Part shown: one piece after another, positions 25,625 to 40,900 of the stretch
Position numbering within the stretch: the first letter of the stretch is position 1
How the letters are laid out: each line of letters starts with the position of its first letter
From: Auanema rhodensis
Lineage: Eukaryota; Animalia; Nematoda
Length of the DNA: 64,000 nt
Direction of reading: 5' to 3'
Assembly: GCA_964057225.1 (NCBI GenBank)
Contig: OZ059897.1
Span: forward strand, 17,794,001 to 17,858,000
Made by a program: the position numbers and the translations under genes
Notes under the pieces: model-generated
Told to the model about the DNA's origin: nothing
Databases searched by the model: none
Seen by the model: the letters and a program-made list of their open reading frames with translations, nothing else

Positions 25625-27379
25625 TAGTTATGATCGTTTGAAAAATGATGCATTAGTGTATGTTGAGTTTCCATGTACACTCAACATTGCTTCCAAAAAC
25701 ATTTTGACAAAAATTTTTTCGAAAAATTTCAAAATAATTTAGCAAAAAGTAGATGTTTTTAGATTTCATTTTTCAAGGCAAAGACGATGGACAATGTTAT
25801 TCAACGAAAAAATTAATTCTTCAGGGTGAAAATCGAGGATATAAGTGTGAACTTATATCAGTTGATATCTCGGTGCATTTTTAAGCTAGCGCAAATCTGA
25901 TAACACAGATCGACGCAGCTTAAAAATCCGCATCGAATGCACTATACTACATCGAGAAACGCTTAATACAAAAATTAGTTATAATCGTTTGAAAAATGAT
26001 GCATTAGTGTATGTTGAGTTTCCATGTACACTCAACATTGCTTCCAAAAACATTTTGACAAAAATTTTTTCGAAAAATTTCAAAATAATTTAGCAAAAAG
26101 TAGATGTTTTTAGATTCCATTTTCCAAGGCGAAGACGATGGACAATGTTATTCAACGAAAAAATTAAATCTTCAGGGTGAAAATCGAGGATATAAGTGTG
26201 AACTTATATCAGTTGATATCTCGGTGCATTTTTAAGCTAGCGCAAATCTGATAACACAGATCGACGCAGCTTAAAAATCCGCATCGAATGCACTATACTA
26301 CATCGAGAAACGCTTAATACAAAAATTAGTTATAATCGTTTGAAAAATGATGCATTAGTGTATGTTGAGTTTCCATGTACACTCAACATTGCTTCCAAAA
26401 ACATTTTGACAAAAATTTTTTCGAAAAATTTCAAAATAATTTAGCAAAAAGTAGATGTTTTTAGATTTCATTTTTCAAGGCAAAGACGATGGACAATGTT
26501 ATTCAACGAAAAAATTAATTCTTCAGGGTGAAAATCGAGGATATAAGTGTGAACTTATATCAGTTGATATCTCGGTGCATTTTTAAGCTAGCGCAAATCT
26601 GATAACACAGATCGACGCAGCTTAAAAATCCGCATCGAATGCACTATACTACATTGAGAAACGCTTAATACAAAAATTAGTTATAATCGTTTGAAAAATG
26701 ATGCATTAGTGTATGTTGAGTTTCCATGTACACTCAACATTGCTTCCAAAAACATTTTGACAAAAATTTTTTCGAAAAATTTCAAAATAATTTAGCAAAA
26801 AGTAGATGTTTTTAGATTTCATTTTCCAAGGCGAAGACGATGGACAATGTTATTCAACGAAAAAATTAATTCTTCAGGGTGAAAATCGAGGATATAAGTG
26901 TGAACTTATATCAGTTGATATCTCGGTGCATTTTTAAGCTAGCGCAAATCTGATAACACAGATCGACGCAGCTTAAAAATCCGCATCGAATGCACTATAC
27001 TACATCGAGAAACGCTTAATACAAAAATTAGTTATAATCGTTTGAAAAATGATGCATTAGTGTATGTTGAGTTTCCATGTACACTCAACATTGCTTCCAA
27101 AAACATTTTGACAAAAATTTTTTCGAAAAATTTCAAAATAATTTAGCAAAAAGTAGATGTTTTTAGATTCCATTTTTCAAGGCAAAGACGATGGACAATG
27201 TTATTCAACGAAAAAAGTAATTCTTCAGGGTGAAAATCGAGGATATAAGTGTGAACTTATATCAGTTGATATCTCGGTGCATTTTTAAGCTAGCGCAAAT
27301 CTGATAACACAGATCGACGCAGCTTAAAAATCCGCATCGAATGCACTATACTACATTGAGAAACGCTTAATACAAAAAT

Positions 27380-30300
27380 TAGTTATAATCGTTTGAAAAA
27401 TGATGCATTAGTGTATGTTGAGTTTCCATGTACACTCAACATTGCTTCCAAAAACATTTTGACAAAAATTTTTTCGAAAAATTTCAAACTAATTTAGCAA
27501 AAAGTAGATGTTTTTAGATTTCATTTTCCAAGGCGAAGACGATGGACAATGTTATTCAACGAAAAAATTAATTCTTCAGGGTGAAAATCGAGGATATAAG
27601 TGTGAACTTATATCAGTTGATATCCTGGTGCATTTTTAAGCTAGCGCAAATCTGATAACACAGATCGACGCAGCTTAAAAATCCGCATCGAATGAACTAT
27701 ACTACATCGAGAAACGCTTAATACAAAAATTAGTTATAATCGTTTGAAAAATGATGCATTAGTGTATGTTGAGTTTCCATGTACACTCAACATTGCTTCC
27801 AAAAACATTTTGACAAAAATTTTTTCGAAAAATTTCAAAATAATTTAGCAAAAAGTAGATGTTTTTAGATTCCATTTTTCAAGGCAAAGACGATGGACAA
27901 TGTTATTCAACGAAAAAATTAATTCTTCAGGGTGAAAATCGAGGATATAAGTGTGAACTTATATCAGTTGATATCTTGGTGCATTTTTAAGCTAGCGCAA
28001 ATCTGATAACACAGATCGACGCAGCTTAAAAATCCGCATCGAATGCGCTATACTACATTGAGAAACGCTTAATACAAAAATTAGTTATGATCGTTTGAAA
28101 AATGATGCATTAGTGTATGTTGAGTTTCCATGTACACTCAACATTGCTTCCAAAAACATTTTGACAAAAATTTTTTCGAAAAATTTCAAAATAATTTAGC
28201 AAAAAGTAGATGTTTTTAGATTCCATTTTTCAAGGCAAAGACGATGGACAATGTTATTCAACGAAAAAAGTAATTCTTCAGGGTGAAAATCGAGGATATA
28301 AGTGTGAACTTATATCAGTTGATATCTCGGTGCATTTTTAAGCTAGCGCAAATCTGATAACACAGATCGACGCAGCTTAAAAATCCGCATCGAATGCACT
28401 ATACTACATTGAGAAACGCTTAATACAAAAATTAGTTATGATCGTTTGAAAAATGATGCATTAGTGTATGTTGAGTTTCCATGTACACTCAACATTGCTT
28501 CCAAAAACATTTTGACAAAAATTTTTTCGAAAAATTTCAAACTAATTTAGCAAAAAGTAGATGTTTTTAGATTTCATTTTCCAAGGCGAAGACGATGGAC
28601 AATGTTATTCAACGAAAAAATTAATTCTTCAGGGTGAAAATCGAGGATATAAGTGTGAACTTATATCAGTTGATATCTCGGTGCATTTTTAAGCTAGCGC
28701 AAATCTGATAACACAGATCGACGCAGCTTAAAAATCCGCATCGAATGCACTATACTACATCGAGAAACGCTTAATACAAAAATTAGTTATAATCGTTTGA
28801 AAAATGATGCATTAGTGTATGTTGAGTTTCCATGTACACTCAACATTGCTTCCAAAAACATTTTGACAAAAATTTTTTCGAAAAATTTCAAAATAATTTA
28901 GCAAAAAGTAGATGTTTTTAGATTCCATTTTTCAAGGCAAAGACGATAGACAATGTTATTCAACGAAAAAATCAATTCTTCAGGGTGAAAATTGAGGATA
29001 TAAGTGTGAACTTATATCAGTTGATATCTCGGTGCATTTTTAAGCTAGCGCAAATCTGATAACACAGATCGACGCAGCTTAAAAATCCGCATCGAATGCA
29101 CTATACTACATTGAGAAACGCTTAATACAAAAATTAGTTATAATCGTTTGAAAAATGATGCATTAGTGTATGTTGAGTTTCCATGTACACTCAACATTGC
29201 TTCCAAAAACATTTTGACAAAAATTTTTTCGAAAAATTTCAAAATAATTTAGCAAAAAGTAGATGTTTTTAGATTCCATTTTCCAAGGCGAAGACGATGG
29301 ACAATGTTATTCAACGAAAAAATTAATTCTTCAGGGTGAAAATCGAGGATATAAGTGTGAACTTATATCAGTTGATATCTCGGTGCATTTTTAAGCTAGC
29401 GCAAATCTGATAACACAGATCGACGCAGCTTAAAAATCCGCATCGAATGCACTATACTACATCGAGAAACGCTTAATACAAAAATTAGTTATAATCGTTT
29501 GAAAAATGATGCATTAGTGTATGTTGAGTTTCCATGTACACTCAACATTGCTTCCAAAAACATTTTGACAAAAATTTTTTCGAAAAATTTCAAAATAATT
29601 TAGCAAAAAGTAGATGTTTTTAGATTTCATTTTTCAAGGCAAAGACGATGGACAATGTTATTCAACAAAAAAATTAATTCTTCAGGGTGAAAATCGAGGA
29701 TATAAGTGTGAACTTATATCAGTTGATATCTCGGTGCATTTTTAAGCTAGCGCAAATCTGATAACACAGATCGACGCAGCTTAAAAATCCGCATCGAATG
29801 CACTATACTACATTGAGAAACGCTTAATACAAAAATTAGTTATAATCGTTTGAAAAATGATGCATTAGTGTATGTTGAGTTTCCATGTACACTCAACATT
29901 GCTTCCAAAAACATTTTGACAAAAATTTTTTCGAAAAATTTCAAAATAATTTAGCAAAAAGTAGATGTTTTTAGATTTCATTTTCCAAGGCGAAGACGAT
30001 GGACAATGTTATTCAACGAAAAAATTAATTCTTCAGGGTGAAAATCGAGGATATAAGTGTGAACTTATATCAGTTGATATCTCGGTGCATTTTTAAGCTA
30101 GCGCAAATCTGATAACACAGATCGACGCAGCTTAAAAATCCGCATCGAATGCACTATACTACATCGAGAAACGCTTAATACAAAAATTAGTTATAATCGT
30201 TTGAAAAATGATGCATTAGTGTATGTTGAGTTTCCATGTACACTCAACATTGCTTCCAAAAACATTTTGACAAAAATTTTTTCGAAAAATTTCAAAATAA

Positions 30301-33300
30301 TTTAGCAAAAAGTAGATGTTTTTAGATTCCATTTTTCAAGGCAAAGACGATGGACAATGTTATTCAACGAAAAAAGTAATTCTTCAGGGTGAAAATCGAG
30401 GATATAAGTGTGAACTTATATCAGTTGATATCTCGGTGCATTTTTAAGCTAGCGCAAATCTGATAACACAGATCGACGCAGCTTAAAAATCCGCATCGAA
30501 TGCACTATACTACATTGAGAAACGCTTAATACAAAAATTAGTTATAATCGTTTGAAAAATGATGCATTAGTGTATGTTGAGTTTCCATGTACACTCAACA
30601 TTGCTTCCAAAAACATTTTGACAAAAATTTTTTCGAAAAATTTCAAACTAATTTAGCAAAAAGTAGATGTTTTTAGATTTCATTTTCCAAGGCGAAGACG
30701 ATGGACAATGTTATTCAACGAAAAAATTAATTCTTCAGGGTGAAAATCGAGGATATAAGTGTGAACTTATATCAGTTGATATCTCGGTGCATTTTTAAGC
30801 TAGCGCAAATCTGATAACACAGATCGACGCAGCTTAAAAATCCGCATCGAATGAACTATACTACATCGAGAAACGCTTAATACAAAAATTAGTTATAATC
30901 GTTTGAAAAATGATGCATTAGTGTATGTTGAGTTTCCATGTACACTCAACATTGCTTCCAAAAACATTTTGACAAAAATGTTTTCGAAAAATTTCAAAAT
31001 AATTTAGCAAAAAGTAGATGTTTTTAGATTCCATTTTTCAAGGCAAAGACGATGGACAATGTTATTCAACGAAAAAATTAATTCTTCAGGGTGAAAATCG
31101 AGGATATAAGTGTGAACTTATATCAGTTGATATCTTGGTGCATTTTTAAGCTAGCGCAAATCTGATAACACAGATCGACGCAGCTTAAAAATCCGCATCG
31201 AATGCACTATACTACATTGAGAAACGCTTAATACAAAAATTAGTTATGATCGTTTGAAAAATGATGCATTAGTGTATGTTGAGTTTCCATGTACACTCAA
31301 CATTGCTTCCAAAAACATTTTGACAAAAATTTTTTCGAAAAATTTCAAAATAATTTAGCAAAAAGTAGATGTTTTTAGATTCCATTTTTCAAGGCAAAGA
31401 CGATGGACAATGTTATTCAACGAAAAAAGTAATTCTTCAGGGTGAAAATCGAGGATATAAGTGTGAACTTATATCAGTTGATATCTCGGTGCATTTTTAA
31501 GCTAGCGCAAATCTGATAACACAGATCGACGCAGCTTAAAAATCCGCATCGAATGCACTATACTACATTGAGAAACCCTTAATACAAAAATTAGTTATAA
31601 TCGTTTGAAAAATGATGCATTAGTGTATGTTGAGTTTCCATGTACACTCAACATTGCTTCCAAAAACATTTTGACAAAAATTTTTTCGAAAAATTTCAAA
31701 CTAATTTAGCAAAAAGTAGATGTTTTTAGATTTCATTTTCCAAGGCGAAGACGATGGACAATGTTATTCAACGAAAAAATTAATTCTTCAGGGTGAAAAT
31801 CGAGGATATAAGTGTGAACTTATATCAGTTGATATCCTGGTGCATTTTTAAGCTAGCGCAAATCTGATAACACAGATCGACGCAGCTTAAAAATCCGCAT
31901 CGAATGAACTATACTACATCGAGAAACGCTTAATACAAAAATTAGTTATAATCGTTTGAAAAATGATGCATTAGTGTATGTTGAGTTTCCATGTACACTC
32001 AACATTGCTTCCAAAAACATTTTGACAAAAATTTTTTCGAAAAATTTCAAAATAATTTAGCAAAAAGTAGATGTTTTTAGATTTCATTTTCCAAGGCGAA
32101 GACGATGGACAATGTTATTCAACGAAAAAATTAATTCTTCAGGGTGAAAATCGAGGATATAAGTGTGAACTTATATCAGTTGATATCTCGGTGCATTTTT
32201 AAGCTAGCGCAAATCTGATAACACAGATCGACGCAGCTTAAAAATCCGCATCGAATGCACTATACTACATCGAGAAACGCTTAATACAAAAATTAGTTAT
32301 AATCGTTTGAAAAATGATGCATTAGTGTATGTTGAGTTTCCATGTACACTCAACATTGCTTCCAAAAACATTTTGACAAAAATTTTTTCGAAAAATTTCA
32401 AAATAATTTAGCAAAAAGTAGATGTTTTTAGATTCCATTTTTCAAGGCAAAGACGATGGACAATGTTATTCAACGAAAAAAGTAATTCTTCAGGGTGAAA
32501 ATCGAGGATATAAGTGTGAACTTATATCAGTTGATATCTCGGTGCATTTTTAAGCTAGCGCAAATCTGATAACACAGATCGACGCAGCTTAAAAATCCGC
32601 ATCGAATGCACTATACTACATTGAGAAACGCTTAATACAAAAATTAGTTATAATCGTTTGAAAAATGATGCATTAGTGTATGTTGAGTTTCCATGTACAC
32701 TCAACATTGCTTCCAAAAACATTTTGACAAAAATTTTTTCGAAAAATTTCAAACTAATTTAGCAAAAAGTAGATGTTTTTAGATTTCATTTTCCAAGGCG
32801 AAGACGATGGACAATGTTATTCAACGAAAAAATTAATTCTTCAGGGTGAAAATCGAGGATATAAGTGTGAACTTATATCAGTTGATATCTCGGTGCATTT
32901 TTAAGCTAGCGCAAATCTGATAACACAGATCGACGCAGCTTAAAAATCCGCATCGAATGAACTATACTACATCGAGAAACGCTTAATACAAAAATTAGTT
33001 ATAATCGTTTGAAAAATGATGCATTAGTGTATGTTGAGTTTCCATGTACACTCAACATTGCTTCCAAAAACATTTTGACAAAAATTTTTTCGAAAAATTT
33101 CAAAATAATTTAGCAAAAAGTAGATGTTTTTAGATTCCATTTTTCAAGGCAAAGACGATGGACAATGTTATTCAACGAAAAAATTAATTCTTCAGGGTGA
33201 AAATCGAGGATATAAGTGTGAACTTATATCAGTTGATATCTTGGTGCATTTTTAAGCTAGCGCAAATCTGATAACACAGATCGACGCAGCTTAAAAATCC

Positions 33301-36300
33301 GCATCGAATGCACTATACTACATTGAGAAACGCTTAATACAAAAATTAGTTATGATCGTTTGAAAAATGATGCATTAGTGTATGTTGAGTTTCCATGTAC
33401 ACTCAACATTGCTTCCAAAAACATTTTGACAAAAATTTTTTCGAAAAATTTCAAAATAATTTAGCAAAAAGTAGATGTTTTTAGATTCCATTTTTCAAGG
33501 CAAAGACGATGGACAATGTTATTCAACGAAAAAAGTAATTCTTCAGGGTGAAAATCGAGGATATAAGTGTGAACTTATATCAGTTGATATCTCGGTGCAT
33601 TTTTAAGCTAGCGCAAATCTGATAACACAGATCGACGCAGCTTAAAAATCCGCATCGAATGCACTATACTACATTGAGAAACCCTTAATACAAAAATTAG
33701 TTATAATCGTTTGAAAAATGATGCATTAGTGTATGTTGAGTTTCCATGTACACTCAACATTGCTTCCAAAAACATTTTGACAAAAATTTTTTCGAAAAAT
33801 TTCAAACTAATTTAGCAAAAAGTAGATGTTTTTAGATTTCATTTTCCAAGGCGAAGACGATGGACAATGTTATTCAACGAAAAAATTAATTCTTCAGGGT
33901 GAAAATCGAGGATATAAGTGTGAACTTATATCAGTTGATATCCTGGTGCATTTTTAAGCTAGCGCAAATCTGATAACACAGATCGACGCAGCTTAAAAAT
34001 CCGCATCGAATGAACTATACTACATCGAGAAACGCTTAATACAAAAATTAGTTATAATCGTTTGAAAAATGATGCATTAGTGTATGTTGAGTTTCCATGT
34101 ACACTCAACATTGCTTCCAAAAACATTTTGACAAAAATTTTTTCGAAAAATTTCAAAATAATTTAGCAAAAAGTAGATGTTTTTAGATTCCATTTTTCAA
34201 GGCAAAGACGATGGACAATGTTATTCAACGAAAAAATTAATTCTTCAGGGTGAAAATCGAGGATATAAGTGTGAACTTATATCAGTTGATATCTTGGTGC
34301 ATTTTTAAGCTAGCGCAAATCTGATAACACAGATCGACGCAGCTTAAAAATCCGCATCGAATGCGCTATACTACATTGAGAAACGCTTAATACAAAAATT
34401 AGTTATGATCGTTTGAAAAATGATGCATTAGTGTATGTTGAGTTTCCATGTACACTCAACATTGCTTCCAAAAACATTTTGACAAAAATTTTTTCGAAAA
34501 ATTTCAAAATAATTTAGCAAAAAGTAGATGTTTTTAGATTCCATTTTTCAAGGCAAAGACGATGGACAATGTTATTCAACGAAAAAAGTAATTCTTCAGG
34601 GTGAAAATCGAGGATATAAGTGTGAACTTATATCAGTTGATATCTCGGTGCATTTTTAAGCTAGCGCAAATCTGATAACACAGATCGACGCAGCTTAAAA
34701 ATCCGCATCGAATGCACTATACTACATTGAGAAACGCTTAATACAAAAATTAGTTATGATCGTTTGAAAAATGATGCATTAGTGTATGTTGAGTTTCCAT
34801 GTACACTCAACATTGCTTCCAAAAACATTTTGACAAAAATTTTTTCGAAAAATTTCAAACTAATTTAGCAAAAAGTAGATGTTTTTAGATTTCATTTTCC
34901 AAGGCGAAGACGATGGACAATGTTATTCAACGAAAAAATTAATTCTTCAGGGTGAAAATCGAGGATATAAGTGTGAACTTATATCAGTTGATATCTCGGT
35001 GCATTTTTAAGCTAGCGCAAATCTGATAACACAGATCGACGCAGCTTAAAAATCCGCATCGAATGCACTATACTACATCGAGAAACGCTTAATACAAAAA
35101 TTAGTTATAATCGTTTGAAAAATGATGCATTAGTGTATGTTGAGTTTCCATGTACACTCAACATTGCTTCCAAAAACATTTTGACAAAAATTTTTTCGAA
35201 AAATTTCAAAATAATTTAGCAAAAAGTAGATGTTTTTAGATTCCATTTTTCAAGGCAAAGACGATAGACAATGTTATTCAACGAAAAAATCAATTCTTCA
35301 GGGTGAAAATTGAGGATATAAGTGTGAACTTATATCAGTTGATATCTCGGTGCATTTTTAAGCTAGCGCAAATCTGATAACACAGATCGACGCAGCTTAA
35401 AAATCCGCATCGAATGCACTATACTACATTGAGAAACGCTTAATACAAAAATTAGTTATAATCGTTTGAAAAATGATGCATTAGTGTATGTTGAGTTTCC
35501 ATGTACACTCAACATTGCTTCCAAAAACATTTTGACAAAAATTTTTTCGAAAAATTTCAAAATAATTTAGCAAAAAGTAGATGTTTTTAGATTCCATTTT
35601 CCAAGGCGAAGACGATGGACAATGTTATTCAACGAAAAAATTAATTCTTCAGGGTGAAAATCGAGGATATAAGTGTGAACTTATATCAGTTGATATCTCG
35701 GTGCATTTTTAAGCTAGCGCAAATCTGATAACACAGATCGACGCAGCTTAAAAATCCGCATCGAATGCACTATACTACATCGAGAAACGCTTAATACAAA
35801 AATTAGTTATAATCGTTTGAAAAATGATGCATTAGTGTATGTTGAGTTTCCATGTACACTCAACATTGCTTCCAAAAACATTTTGACAAAAATTTTTTCG
35901 AAAAATTTCAAAATAATTTAGCAAAAAGTAGATGTTTTTAGATTTCATTTTTCAAGGCAAAGACGATGGACAATGTTATTCAACAAAAAAATTAATTCTT
36001 CAGGGTGAAAATCGAGGATATAAGTGTGAACTTATATCAGTTGATATCTCGGTGCATTTTTAAGCTAGCGCAAATCTGATAACACAGATCGACGCAGCTT
36101 AAAAATCCGCATCGAATGCACTATACTACATTGAGAAACGCTTAATACAAAAATTAGTTATAATCGTTTGAAAAATGATGCATTAGTGTATGTTGAGTTT
36201 CCATGTACACTCAACATTGCTTCCAAAAACATTTTGACAAAAATTTTTTCGAAAAATTTCAAAATAATTTAGCAAAAAGTAGATGTTTTTAGATTTCATT

Positions 36301-37909
36301 TTCCAAGGCGAAGACGATGGACAATGTTATTCAACGAAAAAATTAATTCTTCAGGGTGAAAATCGAGGATATAAGTGTGAACTTATATCAGTTGATATCT
36401 CGGTGCATTTTTAAGCTAGCGCAAATCTGATAACACAGATCGACGCAGCTTAAAAATCCGCATCGAATGCACTATACTACATCGAGAAACGCTTAATACA
36501 AAAATTAGTTATAATCGTTTGAAAAATGATGCATTAGTGTATGTTGAGTTTCCATGTACACTCAACATTGCTTCCAAAAACATTTTGACAAAAATTTTTT
36601 CGAAAAATTTCAAAATAATTTAGCAAAAAGTAGATGTTTTTAGATTCCATTTTTCAAGGCAAAGACGATGGACAATGTTATTCAACGAAAAAAGTAATTC
36701 TTCAGGGTGAAAATCGAGGATATAAGTGTGAACTTATATCAGTTGATATCTCGGTGCATTTTTAAGCTAGCGCAAATCTGATAACACAGATCGACGCAGC
36801 TTAAAAATCCGCATCGAATGCACTATACTACATTGAGAAACGCTTAATACAAAAATTAGTTATAATCGTTTGAAAAATGATGCATTAGTGTATGTTGAGT
36901 TTCCATGTACACTCAACATTGCTTCCAAAAACATTTTGACAAAAATTTTTTCGAAAAATTTCAAACTAATTTAGCAAAAAGTAGATGTTTTTAGATTTCA
37001 TTTTCCAAGGCGAAGACGATGGACAATGTTATTCAACGAAAAAATTAATTCTTCAGGGTGAAAATCGAGGATATAAGTGTGAACTTATATCAGTTGATAT
37101 CTCGGTGCATTTTTAAGCTAGCGCAAATCTGATAACACAGATCGACGCAGCTTAAAAATCCGCATCGAATGAACTATACTACATCGAAAAACGCTTAATA
37201 CAAAAATTAGTTATAATCGTTTGAAAAATGATGCATTAGTGTATGTTGAGTTTCCATGTACACTCAACATTGCTTCCAAAAACATTTTGACAAAAATTTT
37301 TTCGAAAAATTTCAAAATAATTTAGCAAAAAGTAGATGTTTTTAGATTCCATTTTTCAAGGCAAAGACGATGGACAATGTTATTCAACGAAAAAATTAAT
37401 TCTTCAGGGTGAAAATCGAGGATATAAGTGTGAACTTATATCAGTTGATATCTTGGTGCATTTTTAAGCTAGCGCAAATCTGATAACACAGATCGACGCA
37501 GCTTAAAAATCCGCATCGAATGCACTATACTACATTGAGAAACGCTTAATACAAAAATTAGTTATGATCGTTTGAAAAATGATGCATTAGTGTATGTTGA
37601 GTTTCCATGTACACTCAACATTGCTTCCAAAAACATTTTGACAAAAATTTTTTCGAAAAATTTCAAAATAATTTAGCAAAAAGTAGATGTTTTTAGATTC
37701 CATTTTTCAAAGCAAAGACGATGGACAATGTTATTCAACGAAAAAAGTAATTCTTCAGGGTGAAAATCGAGGATATAAGTGTGAACTTATATCAGTTGAT
37801 ATCTCGGTGCATTTTTAAGCTAGCGCAAATCTGATAACACAGATCGACGCAGCTTAAAAATCCGCATCGAATGCACTATACTACATTGAGAAACGCTTAA
37901 TACAAAAAT
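27380..37909. repeat. 12-monomer duplication expanded to 18-monomer spacing by a nested 6-monomer duplication (M86-91 / M92-97, 29837-34048)
   Basis: ATGCGCTA at 28047/34365 (6318 = 18x351) and AAACCCTT at 31577/33683 (2106 = 6x351). ATCCTGG occurs in M79, M91 and M97. Confidence 0.85.
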
Positions 37910-40900
37910 TAGTTATGATCGTTTGAAAAATGATGCATTAGTGTATGTTGAGTTTCCATGTACACTCAACATTGCTTCCAAAAACATTTTGACAAAAATT
38001 TTTTCGAAAAATTTCAAAATAATTTAGCAAAAAGTAGATGTTTTTAGATTCCATTTTTCAAGGCAAAGACGATGGACAATGTTATTCAACGAAAAAAGTA
38101 ATTCTTCAGGGTGAAAATCGAGGATATAAGTGTGAACTTATATCAGTTGATATCTCGGTGCATTTTTAAGCTAGCGCAAATCTGATAACACAGATCGACG
38201 CAGCTTAAAAATCCGCATCGAATGCACTATACTACATTGAGAAACGCTTAATACAAAAATTAGTTATAATCGTTTGAAAAATGATGCATTAGTGTATGTT
38301 GAGTTTCCATGTACACTCAACATTGCTTCCAAAAACATTTTGACAAAAATTTTTTCGAAAAATTTCAAAATAATTTAGCAAAAAGTAGATGTTTTTAGAT
38401 TCCATTTTCCAAGGCGAAGACGATGGACAATGTTATTCAACGAAAAAATTAATTCTTCAGGGTGAAAATCGAGGATATAAGTGTGAACTTATATCAGTTG
38501 ATATATCGGTGCATTTTTAAGCTAGCGCAAATCTGATAACACAGATCGACGCAGCTTAAAAATCCGCATCGAATGCACTATACTACATCGAGAAACGCTT
38601 AATACAAAAATTAGTTATAATCGTTTGAAAAATGATGCATTAGTGTATGTTGAGTTTCCATGTACACTCAACATTGCTTCCAAAAACATTTTGACAAAAA
38701 TTTTTTCGAAAAATTTCAAAATAATTTAGCAAAAAGTAGATGTTTTTAGATTCCATTTTTCAAGGCAAAGACGATGGACAATGTTATTCAACGAAAAAAT
38801 TAATTCTTCAGGGTGAAAATCGAGGATATAAGTGTGAACTTATATCAGTTGATATCTCGGTGCATTTTTAAGCTAGCGCAAATCTGATAACACAGATCGA
38901 CGCAGCTTAAAAATCCGCATCGAATTCACTATACTACATTGAGAAACGCTTAATACAAAAATTAGTTATGATCGTTTGAAAAATGATGCATTAGTGTATG
39001 TTGAGTTTCCATGTACACTCAACATTGCTTCCAAAAACATTTTGACAAAAATTTTTTCGAAAAATTTCAAAATAATTTAGCAAAAAGTAGATGTTTTTAG
39101 ATTCCATTTTTCAAGGCAAAGACGATGGACAATGTTATTCAACGAAAAAAGTAATTCTTCAGGGTGAAAATCGAGGATATAAGTGTGAACTTATATCAGT
39201 TGATATCTCGGTGCATTTTTAAGCTAGCGCAAATCTGATAACACAGATCGACGCAGCTTAAAAATCCGCATCGAATGCACTATACTACATTGAGAAACGC
39301 TTAATACAAAAATTAGTTATAATCGTTTGAAAAATGATGCATTAGTGTATGTTGAGTTTCCATGTACACTCAACATTGCTTCCAAAAACATTTTGACAAA
39401 AATTTTTTCGAAAAATTTCAAAATAATTTAGCAAAAAGTAGATGTTTTTAGATTCCATTTTCCAAGGCGAAGACGATGGACAATGTTATTCAACGAAAAA
39501 ATTAATTCTTCAGGGTGAAAATCGAGGATATAAGTGTGAACTTATATCAGTTGATATCTCGGTGCATTTTTAAGCTAGCGCAAATCTGATAACACAGATC
39601 GACGCAGCTTAAAAATCCGCATCGAATGCACTATACTACATCGAGAAACGCTTAATACAAAAATTAGTTATAATCGTTTGAAAAATGATGCATTAGTGTA
39701 TGTTGAGTTTCCATGTACACTCAACATTGCTTCCAAAAACATTTTGACAAAAATTTTTTCGAAAAATTTCAAAATAATTTAGCAAAAAGTAGATGTTTTT
39801 AGATTCCATTTTTCAAGGCAAAGACGATGGACAATGTTATTCAACGAAAAAATTAATTCTTCAGGGTGAAAATCGAGGATATAAGTGTGAACTTATATCA
39901 GTTGATATCTCGGTGCATTTTTAAGCTAGCGCAAATCTGATAACACAGATCGACGCAGCTTAAAAATCCGCATCGAATTCACTATACTACATTGAGAAAC
40001 GCTCAATACAAAAATTAGTTATAATCGTTTGAAAAATGATGCATTAGTGTATGTTGAGTTTCCATGTACACTCAACATTGCTTCCAAAAACATTTTGACA
40101 AAAATTTTTTCGAAAAATTTCAAAATAATTTAGCAAAAAGTAGATGTTTTTAGATTTCATTTTCCAAGGCGAAGACGATGGACAATGTTATTCAACGAAA
40201 AAATTAATTCTTCAGGGTGAAAATCGAGGATATAAGTGTGAACTTATATCAGTTGATATCTCGGTGCATTTTTAAGCTAGCGCAAATCTGATAACACAGA
40301 TCGACGCAGCTTAAAAATCCGCATCGAATGCACTATACTACATCGAGAAACGCTTAATACAAAAATTAGTTATAATCGTTTGAAAAATGATGCATTAGTG
40401 TATGTTGAGTTTCCATGTACACTCAACATTGCTTCCAAAAACATTTTGACAAAAATTTTTTCGAAAAATTTCAAAATAATTTAGCAAAAAGTAGATGTTT
40501 TTAGATTCCATTTTTCAAGGCAAAGACGATGGACAATATTATTCAACGAAAAAAGTAATTCTTCAGGGTGAAAATCGAGGATATAAGTGTGAACTTATAT
40601 CAGTTGATATCTCGGTGCATTTTTAAGCTAGCGCAAATCTGATAACACAGATCGACGCAGCTTAAAAATCCGCATCGAATGCACTATACTACATTGAGAA
40701 ACGCTTAATACAAAAATTAGTTATAATCGTTTGAAAAATGATGCATTAGTGTATGTTGAGTTTCCATGTACACTCAACATTGCTTCCAAAAACATTTTGA
40801 CAAAAATTTTTTCGAAAAATTTCAAAATAATTTAGCAAAAAGTAGATGTTTTTAGATTCCATTTTTCAAGGCAAAGACGATGGACAATGTTATTCAACGA